Below are positions 13,101 through 25,100 of a stretch of DNA of 64,000 nucleotides, piece by piece; the first letter of the stretch is position 1, and each line of letters begins with the position of its first letter. This DNA comes from Phoronis australis (Eukaryota; Animalia; Phoronida): assembly GCA_002633005.1 (NCBI GenBank), contig NMRA01000013.1, positions 446,347 to 510,346 on the forward strand, in the 5' to 3' direction. Both the position numbers and the translations under genes were made by a program. The notes below the pieces were generated by a model, which saw nothing but the letters and a program-made list of their open reading frames with translations, was not told where the DNA came from and searched no databases.

Positions 13101-16100
13101 TGTTAAAAGGCAAAGGCAACCTTTTTTCATGTCGTTTTTAGCAAAAGTAAGGTTCGTCGATTATCCCAGACATGTTTCGGTCGTCATTTGCTTTCGTTTA
13201 CAAGTCAGTCAATAGGCCACACTGTTGCAACATACCGAGATATACTTATTATTGTCTCACGGACAGAGGAACAATTGTCCCACTTGCCCGAGTGTCCCGC
13301 GACACACTCCCACTGGATGGTGACCTGAGCACACAAACTGCTTACATCCCGCCTTGTGACTCCCTCACCACACACCTGGCACATTCTAAATAGCTCCAAT
13401 ACTTTATACATGTCCACAATAAACTTATCAAAGTTTGGCTCACCGATCTGTTCATTGGACGACGAACTGTCCTCTTCACTCAGTGTTGAACTGGGCGTGT
13501 ATTCACTCCCACTACTCAACATCACAGCAGGGCTGCTTACAGGCTCTGGGCGATAATGAGTACATCCTAGTATGCAGCAACAGTGTGGCATGTTGACTGA
13601 CTCATAAACGAAAGCAAATGACAACCCGAACTTGTCACTGCCGAGGTATAACAATGACTGACTCGACAGCTCTCAGTCAGACTACATGAAAAGAAATTGG
13701 CACACAATTCTTGCCTCCCAAAACATCACTTCCGGAGTAAAGAACGAATAATTAATTAAATTACAAAAAGCTATAATTAAGTAAATTTGTCAGGGATAAT
13801 CGAGTTGCATTTGGCGACCTGTCAAAAATCTGAGGACACCAAACGAAATCTGAGGTCACTAAAACTGGAAATCTTAAGCGGCGAAATGAAATCTGAGGTT
13901 GCCCATCCGGCGTAAAGATCATCCACTAAAAAATAATGAATCCAGGAAAACTGTTAGTAATTTGGAGGTTAACATGAACTTTGAATAAATTTAGAAGGAA
14001 TTATTGTCTGATACTCGCAGTGGCGACTTCGTGAAATCGAGCACTGTTCTAAATTTGATTTTAGGTGGTGAGAATTTGACTTTAGGCTACGGAATGGTTT
14101 TGTGGCTCACATTCAATCTTTTATTTTTTGATGGTTGCGTGATCCTACTCACATATAAAGTATCTCGCAGTGGACCCATGCTTTCAAGTTGGAAGCAAAC
14201 AAGTGTGTTTACATTGATATTGTTTCCAAGTGACCAATGTCCCTGTGATGTCTCTAGATGTTTACGAGCCAACGACCATACTTACAACGCATTCGAAAAC
14301 CACCAGTAGCACCATGGGTGAAATCCTTTGAATAGTCACAGAAATCAAGACAAAGACGTGACTGGTGAATTCGGACTGTAGCTTAACTTAAACTAGTCAC
14401 ATCAAATAAACCCAGAAAAATCAGGAGCCCCAACTGGGAATCGAACCACAGGTCTCTAGTTGGCTTTAAACAGTAATTACACAGATATTGGGTCCTCAGT
14501 AGCTCAGTGATAAGAACACTAGACCGGCAATCTAGAGACCTGTTGTTCGATTCCCAGTTGGGGCTCCAGATTTTTCTGCGTTTGTTTGATATATTTCTCT
14601 ACTGGCCAACCTCAGCGTCTATACATTTACTAGTCACATCAAATAACCCCTAAAACATTTATTGCAAAGAAAAACAGACATGTTTCCCAAAGATGGCGCT
14701 GTGTGTAACTTCCCATTCATGTGGTAAAATCAGTCAAACTTTTTGAACAAAAATAATAAGCAAAACTGATCTTTTCAAATTATTTTTCAAAGCCTTATTA
14801 CATTGTAGTGAATGCTCACAAATTTTCAAAACATTCGATGATGGCAGATATCCTTTTCAACATAAAAACGAAAAAGTCAATTTTTTGCTAATAATATGCT
14901 ATGAAAAATCAGAACAGGCACCTTCACTTGTCCACCATTATAATGGATCTTAATTTGGCAAGATTTCACTTTAACATTACTGACGCACCAGCGGGGTGTT
15001 ATAGAACAGGCCATACTGCATGCGGGGGAGAAGCGAGAACACAGCTTGTCGGAAGCAGACGCGCTGGCCGGCAAACTCTCGTAGATACTTCATGGGGTAG
15101 ACACTAAAAGCTTTCCACGTGTCGGAGAAGAAATCACCGTAGTTGGCCGCACTCTAGAAGACAAGAACAAGAAAGAAAAATATAGGAAAGGCCAAATATT
15201 GTGCACTAACTGCTAACCCGATTAGTGTCACAGCACGTGTTTATAGTTGCCATAGTTGCAACAATAGTTTTTTTTTTCATCTTTTATTGCGGAGGCAATA
15301 GTCTGATGTAATGAGCCCGCATTTTGAGAACCAGTTTGATGCCCGTTACTCAGTGGAGAAAAATGGTTCTCAAAGTTCGGGCACGTTATGTCAGACCATT
15401 ATCGTTGCGGTAGAACGTAAACACGACAAAGCATCTAGTATTTAGTGCTACTTATATTTCCATGAAAAGTGGAAAAATAAATTTTACTTGCGACCATATT
15501 GTGGCATAAATTGGTGACATTTTAATGTTAACTCTTCAGTTATTTCACACAAGAGAACCGTGGATCAGAAATTGCCATCTTTCAAAGGCTAACATTCTTT
15601 CAATAAAAACCAGACAGTGAAGATCCTATAAGCTGGCTTATCATATACGACTGTATTCAGGTTCATGCGCCAATGCAAAGTTGCGCTTATAATCGGAATA
15701 AGGCATATGCACCAACCATATGACAAAAGCCATATTCAAAAGCGATTCTCCAGACAAACCATGTAGGCATACTTCATTTATCTTTATTTAAAAATATTCT
15801 CAGGTAATGGGCCAGATGTATTGAAGAATTTTTCAAATGACATAATCTAGCATATTAAGCTTTGACGTATTCCATGGACATGTATTTAGCTCGTAATAGA
15901 GGCCAGGTCATCGACAGCGGCAGGGTCACCTTCAGCGGCCGAGTCAGAGGCTGAGTCATATTCAGTGGCCGGGTCCCTGACAGAGGCCGGGTCACCAACA
16001 GAGGCTGGGTTACCGACAGAGTCCAGGCCATCGACAGAGGCCGGGTTACCAACAGAGACCAGGTCACTGACAGAGGACGGGTCATCGACAGATGCCGGGT

Positions 16101-19100
16101 TATCGACAGAGGTCGGGGCACAGACAGAGGCCGGGTCAACGACAGTGGCTGGGTCTCCCACAGAAGTCAAGACTCCTCATGGAAACTTGGTCTCCAATAA
16201 AAGCTGGTATTCAACTCTACTAATATTCATATCAAATCAGGCTTGAAATCTTGTCAGTGGGATACAACCCTTAATGATTTATTGGCAAAGTCAATTTTTC
16301 ACAGCGTGACTAAGTGACAAAACTGCTCCAAAATTAAAGACAGTTTAAAAAGAAAAAAGTATGCAAAGGCATAGCTTCCATACATTTAAAATGACTTCAA
16401 AAATGGTTTACAAGAAATCAGTCTCAATATAAAAAAGGATACCAAACCCGGTTTTGCCTATTAACAGCTACTAAAAATGACTTTACCCATCCACTTCTCT
16501 GAAACCAAATAATGCTCTGCAACCCTCGACAACCCTAACAAGTTTGAAAAAAAATTGAAAACTCCTTTCTAAGTTCCCTAAACGGACAAGCGTAACATGC
16601 TTTTAGCGTGATGGCAACTGTGGGAAAAGACCACCCACCAATGACCATAACGTCCAACCTGTGATATAGGACATATGAGTTTCTAGATGATTCCTGCCTT
16701 TAAGTTGCGAGATTGACGCCAACGATGCATTAATAGGTGACAGAATGAGAATCGGTGGAAATCATCAAAACAGGGTTTTGTATCCTTTTACGTAGCAAGA
16801 TTTGTTAATTCAACGCTTACTCACAGTATCGTGGTTGATGACATAAACATCCATGCTGAATGAGTTATTCAGGTGCTGCGACATGTAGAGATTTACAAAG
16901 TCGCAGTAATGATGATACATGTTGACACCTACAAACAGATATCAGAGCTGGATCACGTGTATCAACACGACTGTTGATGGCAAACCTAATGTCCAATAGC
17001 TCTGTCCTTCGTAAAAAAAACAAAATGAAGATCTTGATTTTTGACTACTCAGAGTTTGGTCTAAACAGGCCTTGCTAATTTTTTCCAGACACCCAATCTT
17101 ATACAATAGAATGATAAGATAGAATTTTCAAGTTTCCTGCGAAATTTGTCATGTATATGACAGCCGCTACTTACCCCATGCCAAACATGAAAATCATTTT
17201 TTAAAGAAAAAACACAATCATGTGACTACAATCAGTAAGGCAAGATGCCCATAGTAGGTTTGTGTGATCACCAAGAATTTGGAAAATATATGGTTTCATG
17301 GGTTGATGAGTTGTGTTTTAAAAGATATTTAAATAACTGTGACCTTTGATAGAGAAGGTATTCAGTTATCTTAATTTTGTGACGATCATACAAGAAATAA
17401 AGCAAGTTGGCACTTTTTGTTATGTGTTATCTTTATCTTAATGAAATACGTATTTTACCTAACTTTGATCCACCAATGTAGTGGTCAATATAACTCTAAA
17501 AAGGAGTCCCAAAATTCACCAAATATGAATTATTGTGTTGCGAGCACATGCAGTGTCGTCTTCGTGAAATCTTTGTTTTGTAACACAGAATACAAACTCC
17601 ACACCAAAGTTCCGTTATTCACGGTAGTACTAACTAGTAACCAATAGTTACCTGCATCTAGCTTGATGAGATAGACAGGTTTATCTACCACCACATCACA
17701 GTGGCCGTCTTCGATGGGCTTGAAGTCCAGAGATGAGAAGTTTTCGANTGAGAACCAGTTTGATGCCCGTTACTCAGTGGAGAAAAATGGTTCTCAAAGT
17801 TCGGGCACGTTACGTCAGACCATTATCATTGTGGTAGAACGTAAACACGACAAAGCATCTAGTATTTAGTGCTACTTATATTTCCATGAAAAGTGGAACA
17901 ATAAATTTTACTTGCGACCATATTGTGGCATAAATTGGTGACATTTTAATGTTAACTCTTCAGTTATTTCACACAAGAGAACCGTGGATCAGAAATTGCC
18001 ATCTTTCAAAGGCTAACAGTCTTTCATTAAAACCAAACAGTGAAGTTCCTATAAGCTGGCTTATCATATATGACTGTATTCAGGTTCATGCGCCAATCCA
18101 AAGCTGCGCTTATAATCGGAATAAGGCATATGCACCAACCATATGACAAAAGCCATATTCAAAAGCGATGCTCCAGATAAACCATGTAGGCATATTTCAT
18201 TTATCTTTATTTAAAAATATTCTCAGGTAATGGGCCAGATGTATTGAAGAATTTTTCAAATGACATAATCTAGCATATTAAGCTTTGACGTATTGCATGG
18301 ACATGTATTTAGCTCGTAATAGAGGCCAGGTCATCGACAGCGGCAGGGTTACCTTCAGCGGCCGAGTCAGAGGCTGAGTCATATTCAGTGGCCGGGTCCC
18401 TGACAGAAGCCGGGTCACCAACAGAGGCTGGGTTACCGACAGAGTCCAGGCCATCGACAGAGGCCGGGTTACCAACAGAGACCAGGTCACTGACAGAGGA
18501 CGGGTCATCGACAGACGCCGGGTTATCGACAGAGGTCGGGGCACAAACAGAGGCCGGGTCAACGACAGTGGCTGGGTCTCCCACAGAAGTCAAGACTCCT
18601 ACTGGAAACTTGGTCTCCAATAAAAGCTGGTATTCAACTCTACTAATATTTATATCAAATCAGGCTTGAAATCTTGTCAGTGGGATACAACCTTTAATGA
18701 TTTATTGGCAAAGTCAATTTTTCACAGCGTGACAAAGTGACAAAACTGCTCCAAAATTAAAGACAGTTTAAAAAGAAAAAAGTATGCAAAGCCATAGCTT
18801 CCATACATTTAAAATGACTTCAAAAATGGTTTACAAGAAATCAGTCTCAATATAAAAAAGGATACCAAACCCGGTTTTGCCTATTAACAGACACTAAAAA
18901 TGACTTTACCCATCCACTTCTCTGAAACCAAATAATGCTCTGCAACCCTCGACAACCCTAAAAAGTTTGAAGAAAAATTGAAAACTCCTTTCTAAGTTTC
19001 CTAAACGGGCAAGCGTGACATGCTTTTAGCGTGATAGTAACTGTGGGAAAAGACCACCCACCAATGACCATAACGTCCAACCTGTGATATAGGACATATG

Positions 19101-22100
19101 AGTTTCTAGATGATTCCTGCCTTTAAGTTGCGAGATTGACGCCAACGATGCATTAATAGGTGACAGAATGAGAACCGGTGGAAATCATCAAAACAGGGTT
19201 TTGTATCCTTTTACGTAGCAAGATTTGTTAATTCAACGCTTACTCACAGTATCGTGGTTGATGACATAAACATCCATGCTGAATGAGTTATTCAGGTGCT
19301 GCGACATGTAGAGATTTACAAAGTCGCAGTAATGATGATACATGTTGACACCTACAAACAGATATCAGAGCTGGATCACGTGTATCAACACGACTGTTGA
19401 TGGCAAACCTAATGTCCAATAGCTCTGTCCTTCGTAAAAAAAACAAAATGAAGATCTTGATTTTTGACTACTCAGAGTTTGGTCTAAACAGGCCTTGCTA
19501 ATTTTTTCCAGACACCCAATCTTATACAATAGAATGATAAGATAGAATTTTCAAGTTTCCTGCGAAATTTGTCATGTATATGACAGCCGCTACTTACCCC
19601 ATGCCAAACATGAAAATCATTTTTTAAAGAAAAAACACAATCATGTGACTACAATCAGTAAGGCAAGATGCCCATAGTAGGTTTGTGTGATCACCAAGAA
19701 TTTGGAAAATATATGGTTTCATGGGTTGATGAGTTGTGTTTTAAAAGATATTTAAATAACTGTGACCTTTGATAGAGAAGGTATTCAGTTATCTTAATTT
19801 TGTGACGATCATACAAGAAATAAAGCAAGTTGGCACTTTTTGTTATGTGTTATCTTTATCTTAATGAAATACGTATTTTACCTAACTTTGATCCACCAAT
19901 GTAGTGGTCAATATAACTCTAAAAAGGAGTCCCAAAATTCACCAAATATGAATTATTGTGTTGCGAGCACATGCAGTGTCGTCTTCGTGAAATCTTTGTT
20001 TTGTAACACAGAATACAAACTCCACACCAAAGTTCCGTTATTCACGGTAGTACTAACTAGTAACCAATAGTTACCTGCATCTAGCTTGATGAGATAGACA
20101 GGTTTATCTACCACCACATCACAGTGGCCGTCTTCGATGGGCTTGAAGTCCAGAGATGAGAAGTTTTCGAGTTCTGCATACCTGAAAAACAAACCACAAT
20201 TTGGGATTGAGAAATGGAGTCATCCTTCACGGTTCAGTATTTGTTCACAGCAAAAATGCTGTGTAGTTGCTCCTTTAGTTGCTCCCAGTAGTCAAATCCA
20301 TATCTTGGTCTTCAGTTATGCTGAAAACACCACGCAATCCCCTGCTGGTAATATAAGAGAATACTGCAAGCCTTGGACAAATGCTATGGATTCACTCCTT
20401 AATGGTACTCTTTCCTACTGCAGTTGAGTGAGTAATAATGCATGAGTCGGCTGTCACTCATTATGGCAGCCATTTAAGGTGGTGGTACACCACTAAAATT
20501 AAAAATTAATAAGAATCCATATTAGATAAATATTTGGAGTTGAACTAAATGAGCACTATTTTGGGCTGAAGTTTTGATTGAAGTTTTAACTAAAATGAAG
20601 CACAATTAGCATCTTTAAGTATAGTGGAGGGGTAATACAATACCCAGAGATCGACTATGATCACAACACAGTACATACGCCTCACTGAAGTGACCCAAGT
20701 TTCCAGCCCTCTGGGTGAATTAACCTGATTACTTCAAAACATCTGGCTTGAACAGGATATAGATGACATCCAAGAAGAAATTCCAGAGCCTGGGCTATGA
20801 TCCGTGTATTCTAAACTTGCGAATTGATCGATGGCAAAGCACACTTCGAATAAACTTACGAATGAGTACTCGAATCATGCCACAGGATTGGTGAAATTCC
20901 GAGCCCGAGTTCAAAAAGATTCTGAGTTCGGAGATTAGAACCTGGGGACTGACGTTTTAGTTATGAGCAAGTTTAAACAAACATACCCGCATAGTAAAAT
21001 GACACCAGGAATTCTAACGGTGTACTACATGCCTATGATTTTGCAAAATATTGACTAGCGGTACCTATGTTGCAAAACTTGAACAAGGAAAAGCAGTAAT
21101 TTAGTTAAATTTACATATTTTTAAGGAAGAAAAGAGAAAATAAAACGGCAGTAACAAATTGTATCAAGACTGTTTCAGTTTTATATAAGGGTGAGATTAA
21201 TTCAACGTGGCAACTCGCAATCCCGACTTAGACGAGTGCTCATCCGATGAAGACTTCATAGGTCGATTGTTAGGTTTCACAGGAATATGCTGATCAAGAA
21301 ATAATAGAGAGGCTCCGTGAAGATGCACAGACAACGGAACATATGGATAGTTCGGAAAACTGTTTGAATGATTTGTCATGGTATCAGTGAGCTAACTACA
21401 CGATAATGAAAACGACTGACGCTTGCGTTTGCTGCCACAAAATTCCGCAAGTGAATCGCCTTCTTGGAGAAGCGCAGATGTGTCTCACGGACCGTCCTGA
21501 TTTTGCACTGCATCTAAACAGAGGTGTGCTTACGTTTTTAGAGCTCAGAAAAAGAACTGACGAAAGCATCCTACTCCCAGAGGACCAAACATAAGCATCA
21601 CAAATGAGTCAGTCATCAAACAGGTTAAATAAAATGTTATGTTCTCACGCCTTGAATTAAGTGTAATTGTTTACGTTTTCATGGCCAACTACAATTCTCC
21701 ATGATAGTCAAAAACTGATCAACAAGTGATCTGTCAAAATGCGGGCCACTGACAGACACGGAGAAGTTTCACGGCTTCATATTTGGTATTAACGGCATAC
21801 TTTTCATTTGTCACTACCACGAGCAACTTCTGAAGCATTATGGGCTCTGCAGGAAATCGAAAAAACGATATACCCGCTTTCTTCGCAGCTTCATAGTTTG
21901 CGCAAGCGGGAACGATACACCACACCATAGCGGCACTCACTTTGCTGAAGAACCATTTCTCACCTTTGTCATGGGTTAACGCGACACCTCTCGATGAGGT
22001 AAGATCGACCATATACGAGGTGATGTGGATATAGACCGATTAAGACGGTAAAAAAGACTAATTAAAATGGGTGGCATTCTCTTTTAAAACTGCCCTTATA

Positions 22101-25100
22101 GGATGCAACTTGTATCAAATGAGGAAAACCCAGTCTCAACGAGTGTCAATAAAATTCGCAACAAACATGAGAAATGTATCGATATGAACATCACGGGCAA
22201 GCTCGGAGTAAACTTTTGGGGATCATTATTTCCTTATTAGGTCAAGTAATCTTATTCAGAGGCACGGGCTAAGGTATGCGAGGCCTTACTATACATGACC
22301 GTTATTGTACAGATTTGTAAGTTAACAAAGAAGTGTTTCATGCGTAATTATGATATAGATCTTTGCCTCAGGCAACATGCATATTGTCGCCAGGTGATTT
22401 TAATTACCAGCTGCATAATATATCAGCATATGGTCATCTATTCAAAACACTGGGATAGGTGCAGGCATTTTCTGTGATACTGTCAGTCATAGTCTAAATC
22501 ACCCGCAGCACAAGCTTGCACAAGCATGAATGAAAATTTACAAAAAATTCCAATTACGTAACGACCATCACGTCTGTGTGTGACTAAAACATTTTTGTTT
22601 GCAATCTGACTGACAAAAGTCTTGTTTCAAATGTACAAACAAAATCCACATTTTGCAACAGAAATGAGCCCAACCCAATAAGGAAAAATAGCTTGTCAAC
22701 CAGCTTTACCAATTCAGAGGAATTTCCTAGAATGAGAGGGAACAAAAATATTCTAAGAACCGCCCAACACAGTTGTTTCTATTAAGTTTCACCTTGACAC
22801 TTATGCACAAACCTCACACAGTGTTCGGTGCATCAATTTCTTCAAAGAACAATTGTTTCAGAGCCCAATATTATTTGTCATCACCGGCTGTGCACAGGAA
22901 ATGAGGTTGTCAATTACCATGACTGTAGCGCACTCTTGTGGCCTCCTTCTGCCCTCAGCAGATCAGAATTTAGCTTGCAATGACCTCCAATCTCTCCCTT
23001 CTGATAGTAGTTTTCTTTATACCTGTGTAAAATTAAGTAGCACTCGTGAACAAAACTTACTTGTCAATTGAGGGTAAATTAAACTTTTTGACAATCACAT
23101 AATTTTTATAAAACTGGTGTCAACATGTTCTTTATGCAGATGCAAAATGAACTCTCGTCATGGCTAAAGCACTGACAGTTCTTTAATGCTCAGGATTAGC
23201 TCAAATTAAGTAGGTCAAGATTGAGTTTCAATGCCACCTGTTGGGGAACGATAAAATCTCAACAATTTTGAACAAAAATAATTGCCAAAACTGAACTTTT
23301 TCCGTTTCAAGTGCTCACGTTCTTCTTAAATATTTTGTTTGACATAGCCAAAGATCAGAGCTAGAAAGTGACAATTAAGCATTAACTTGGTGTAACTTAT
23401 CATTTATCAAAACACCAGAAAGTAGAATTCCAGTCCACAAAATTGCGCCTTGAGAAATTGAGATTTTATTGTGCCCTCAAGGCTAATCAGTTCACTCTGA
23501 CATTTTGACTGACCTATCGTATCCAGCGAAGGTGGGGTATCGTCGGAAGTCCATGTAGAGATTTTTAGCACGGCAGAACCTGGTAAACTTACAGCACTCC
23601 AGGTGCGAGTCACTCTGAAACAATAACAATCCATAAAAGTCATGTAAAGTTAATGTTTATTTTCAAGTCATTTTTGAAAACAGCAAACATGAGTCACAGG
23701 CTCGTTTCACTAACTGTAAAATAACAATTAGGAAAGTAAATAAAATAAAATAAAATAAATAAGAGCAAACCAACTAAAAAGCAGTAGATATGAGACTCCA
23801 ATTTCACAGAAGGTCTTACAAAAACATCAGTTATGAAATATTCACCAAGCCCCCAAACTATGTTTGTTAAGCATTTTCAAGGAAATTTAAATGCCTAGCT
23901 ATCAACTGTGCATCACCACATTTTATAATTAATACGCTCGTGATGTTATGTTAGACACATAGTGTGAATTCAGTAAACTCACTGAACTCTCAGCTTGGCA
24001 CATTGTTTTCATTTCATCGCGTTTGTTCTTCACGTAGCCAAAGTCAGCCTCAGTCCAGAAGGTGTTCACTCGGTCTTCAACAGTTCTACGTCCCCTGAAA
24101 CAATCAGACGGCCAATAGTGTGAGACAAACCGTTCCACCTACTCCACTCTCACTGGCTAAATTCCAATCCGTGTTAAAACAACGACAAAAAAACGACTTT
24201 GTGTTCATAAAACAAAATTATACAAACGTTTGCCTGCATTCTTAACTTAGCCCAAAGCTTAAGTCTTGCAGTAATTTCACACTAAAATAATTGAACAAGG
24301 AAAACTATTAATGTGGTGCTACAACCTTTCGTGGAAGAAAAGTAAAACTTCCCTTTTCGGCTATACTGTGTCTTAAATTGGCAAGATGTTACTGTAACTC
24401 AGACGTCAATAAATTTAATCCTGTGAAGATTCATGAAATGGACTGCTAGAGCTCATTAAACTTTTTTTAGATTACTATCAATGGTACAGAGTCTGATGAC
24501 AAAAACTTCATACCTCCTGACTAAGTCGTCTGGCTCACAAGTAGGCATAGTCATTCGTTGATCCACGCTGCACTTTTTCTCATAGCCCCAACATTTTGTG
24601 GAGTTAAGGAACTCCTGACAAAACACAATTATCATAAATGGTGGTTGAAAAACTCTAGGGCATTTTCAACATAATTAATACACACAAATACGTAAATTTT
24701 AGAATTCAGTGACAGAATTAATTCATAATTTTAATGATCTGGAAATTCATAAATGCAAACTTCAATGTTTTTAGACATATCAAATTGCCAAAGATCAGCT
24801 CGCAAGTAGTCGCTGAAGTAGACTCAAGAACCATTCTCAGCACACGAGCAAATAAAAACTCTAAAAACCAATAAGCTATATAAATGATGGGCATTATCCT
24901 TCATCCAGGTGAGAAGTATTTTACATAAAAACGACATGACTTTCACTGAAAAAGTGGATTGACAATTAAAGGTATATCAAGTACACTTTTGGAGGCTAAA
25001 AATCAGCAACTTGAAACCTAAATGAATATTAAAGTTCAATTTGAGACGGTTCAAAAAGCAAAGAGATTGATCTCAATCAAGTGTTGTCGTATTTTAAAGC

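Larger units (their letters stand above)
15325..20170. repeat. 2.42-kb near-identical tandem duplication (15325-17747 / 17749-20170) joined at an n
   Basis: Offset 2423-2424. Scattered substitutions in roughly the first 1.45 kb, apparently identical afterwards. Includes EOGT exon 7 and a truncated exon 6. Confidence 0.95.

Noticed and set aside
14087-14330. Possible additional THAP remnant (..NTLVCF..)
   Set aside because: Too degenerate to support without a homology search.
14490-14568. Functional tRNA gene (GGC anticodon)
   Set aside because: No U33, mismatched acceptor and T stems, and embedded in an inverted-repeat structure. Treated as a tRNA-derived repeat.
16825-16928. Mutually exclusive alternative EOGT exon 7
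   Set aside because: Identical to 19248-19351 and inside the n-joined duplication, so an artefact is more likely.
15855-18669. Duplicated 94-103 aa repetitive ORFs
   Set aside because: Products of the 18-bp minisatellite inside the duplicated block.
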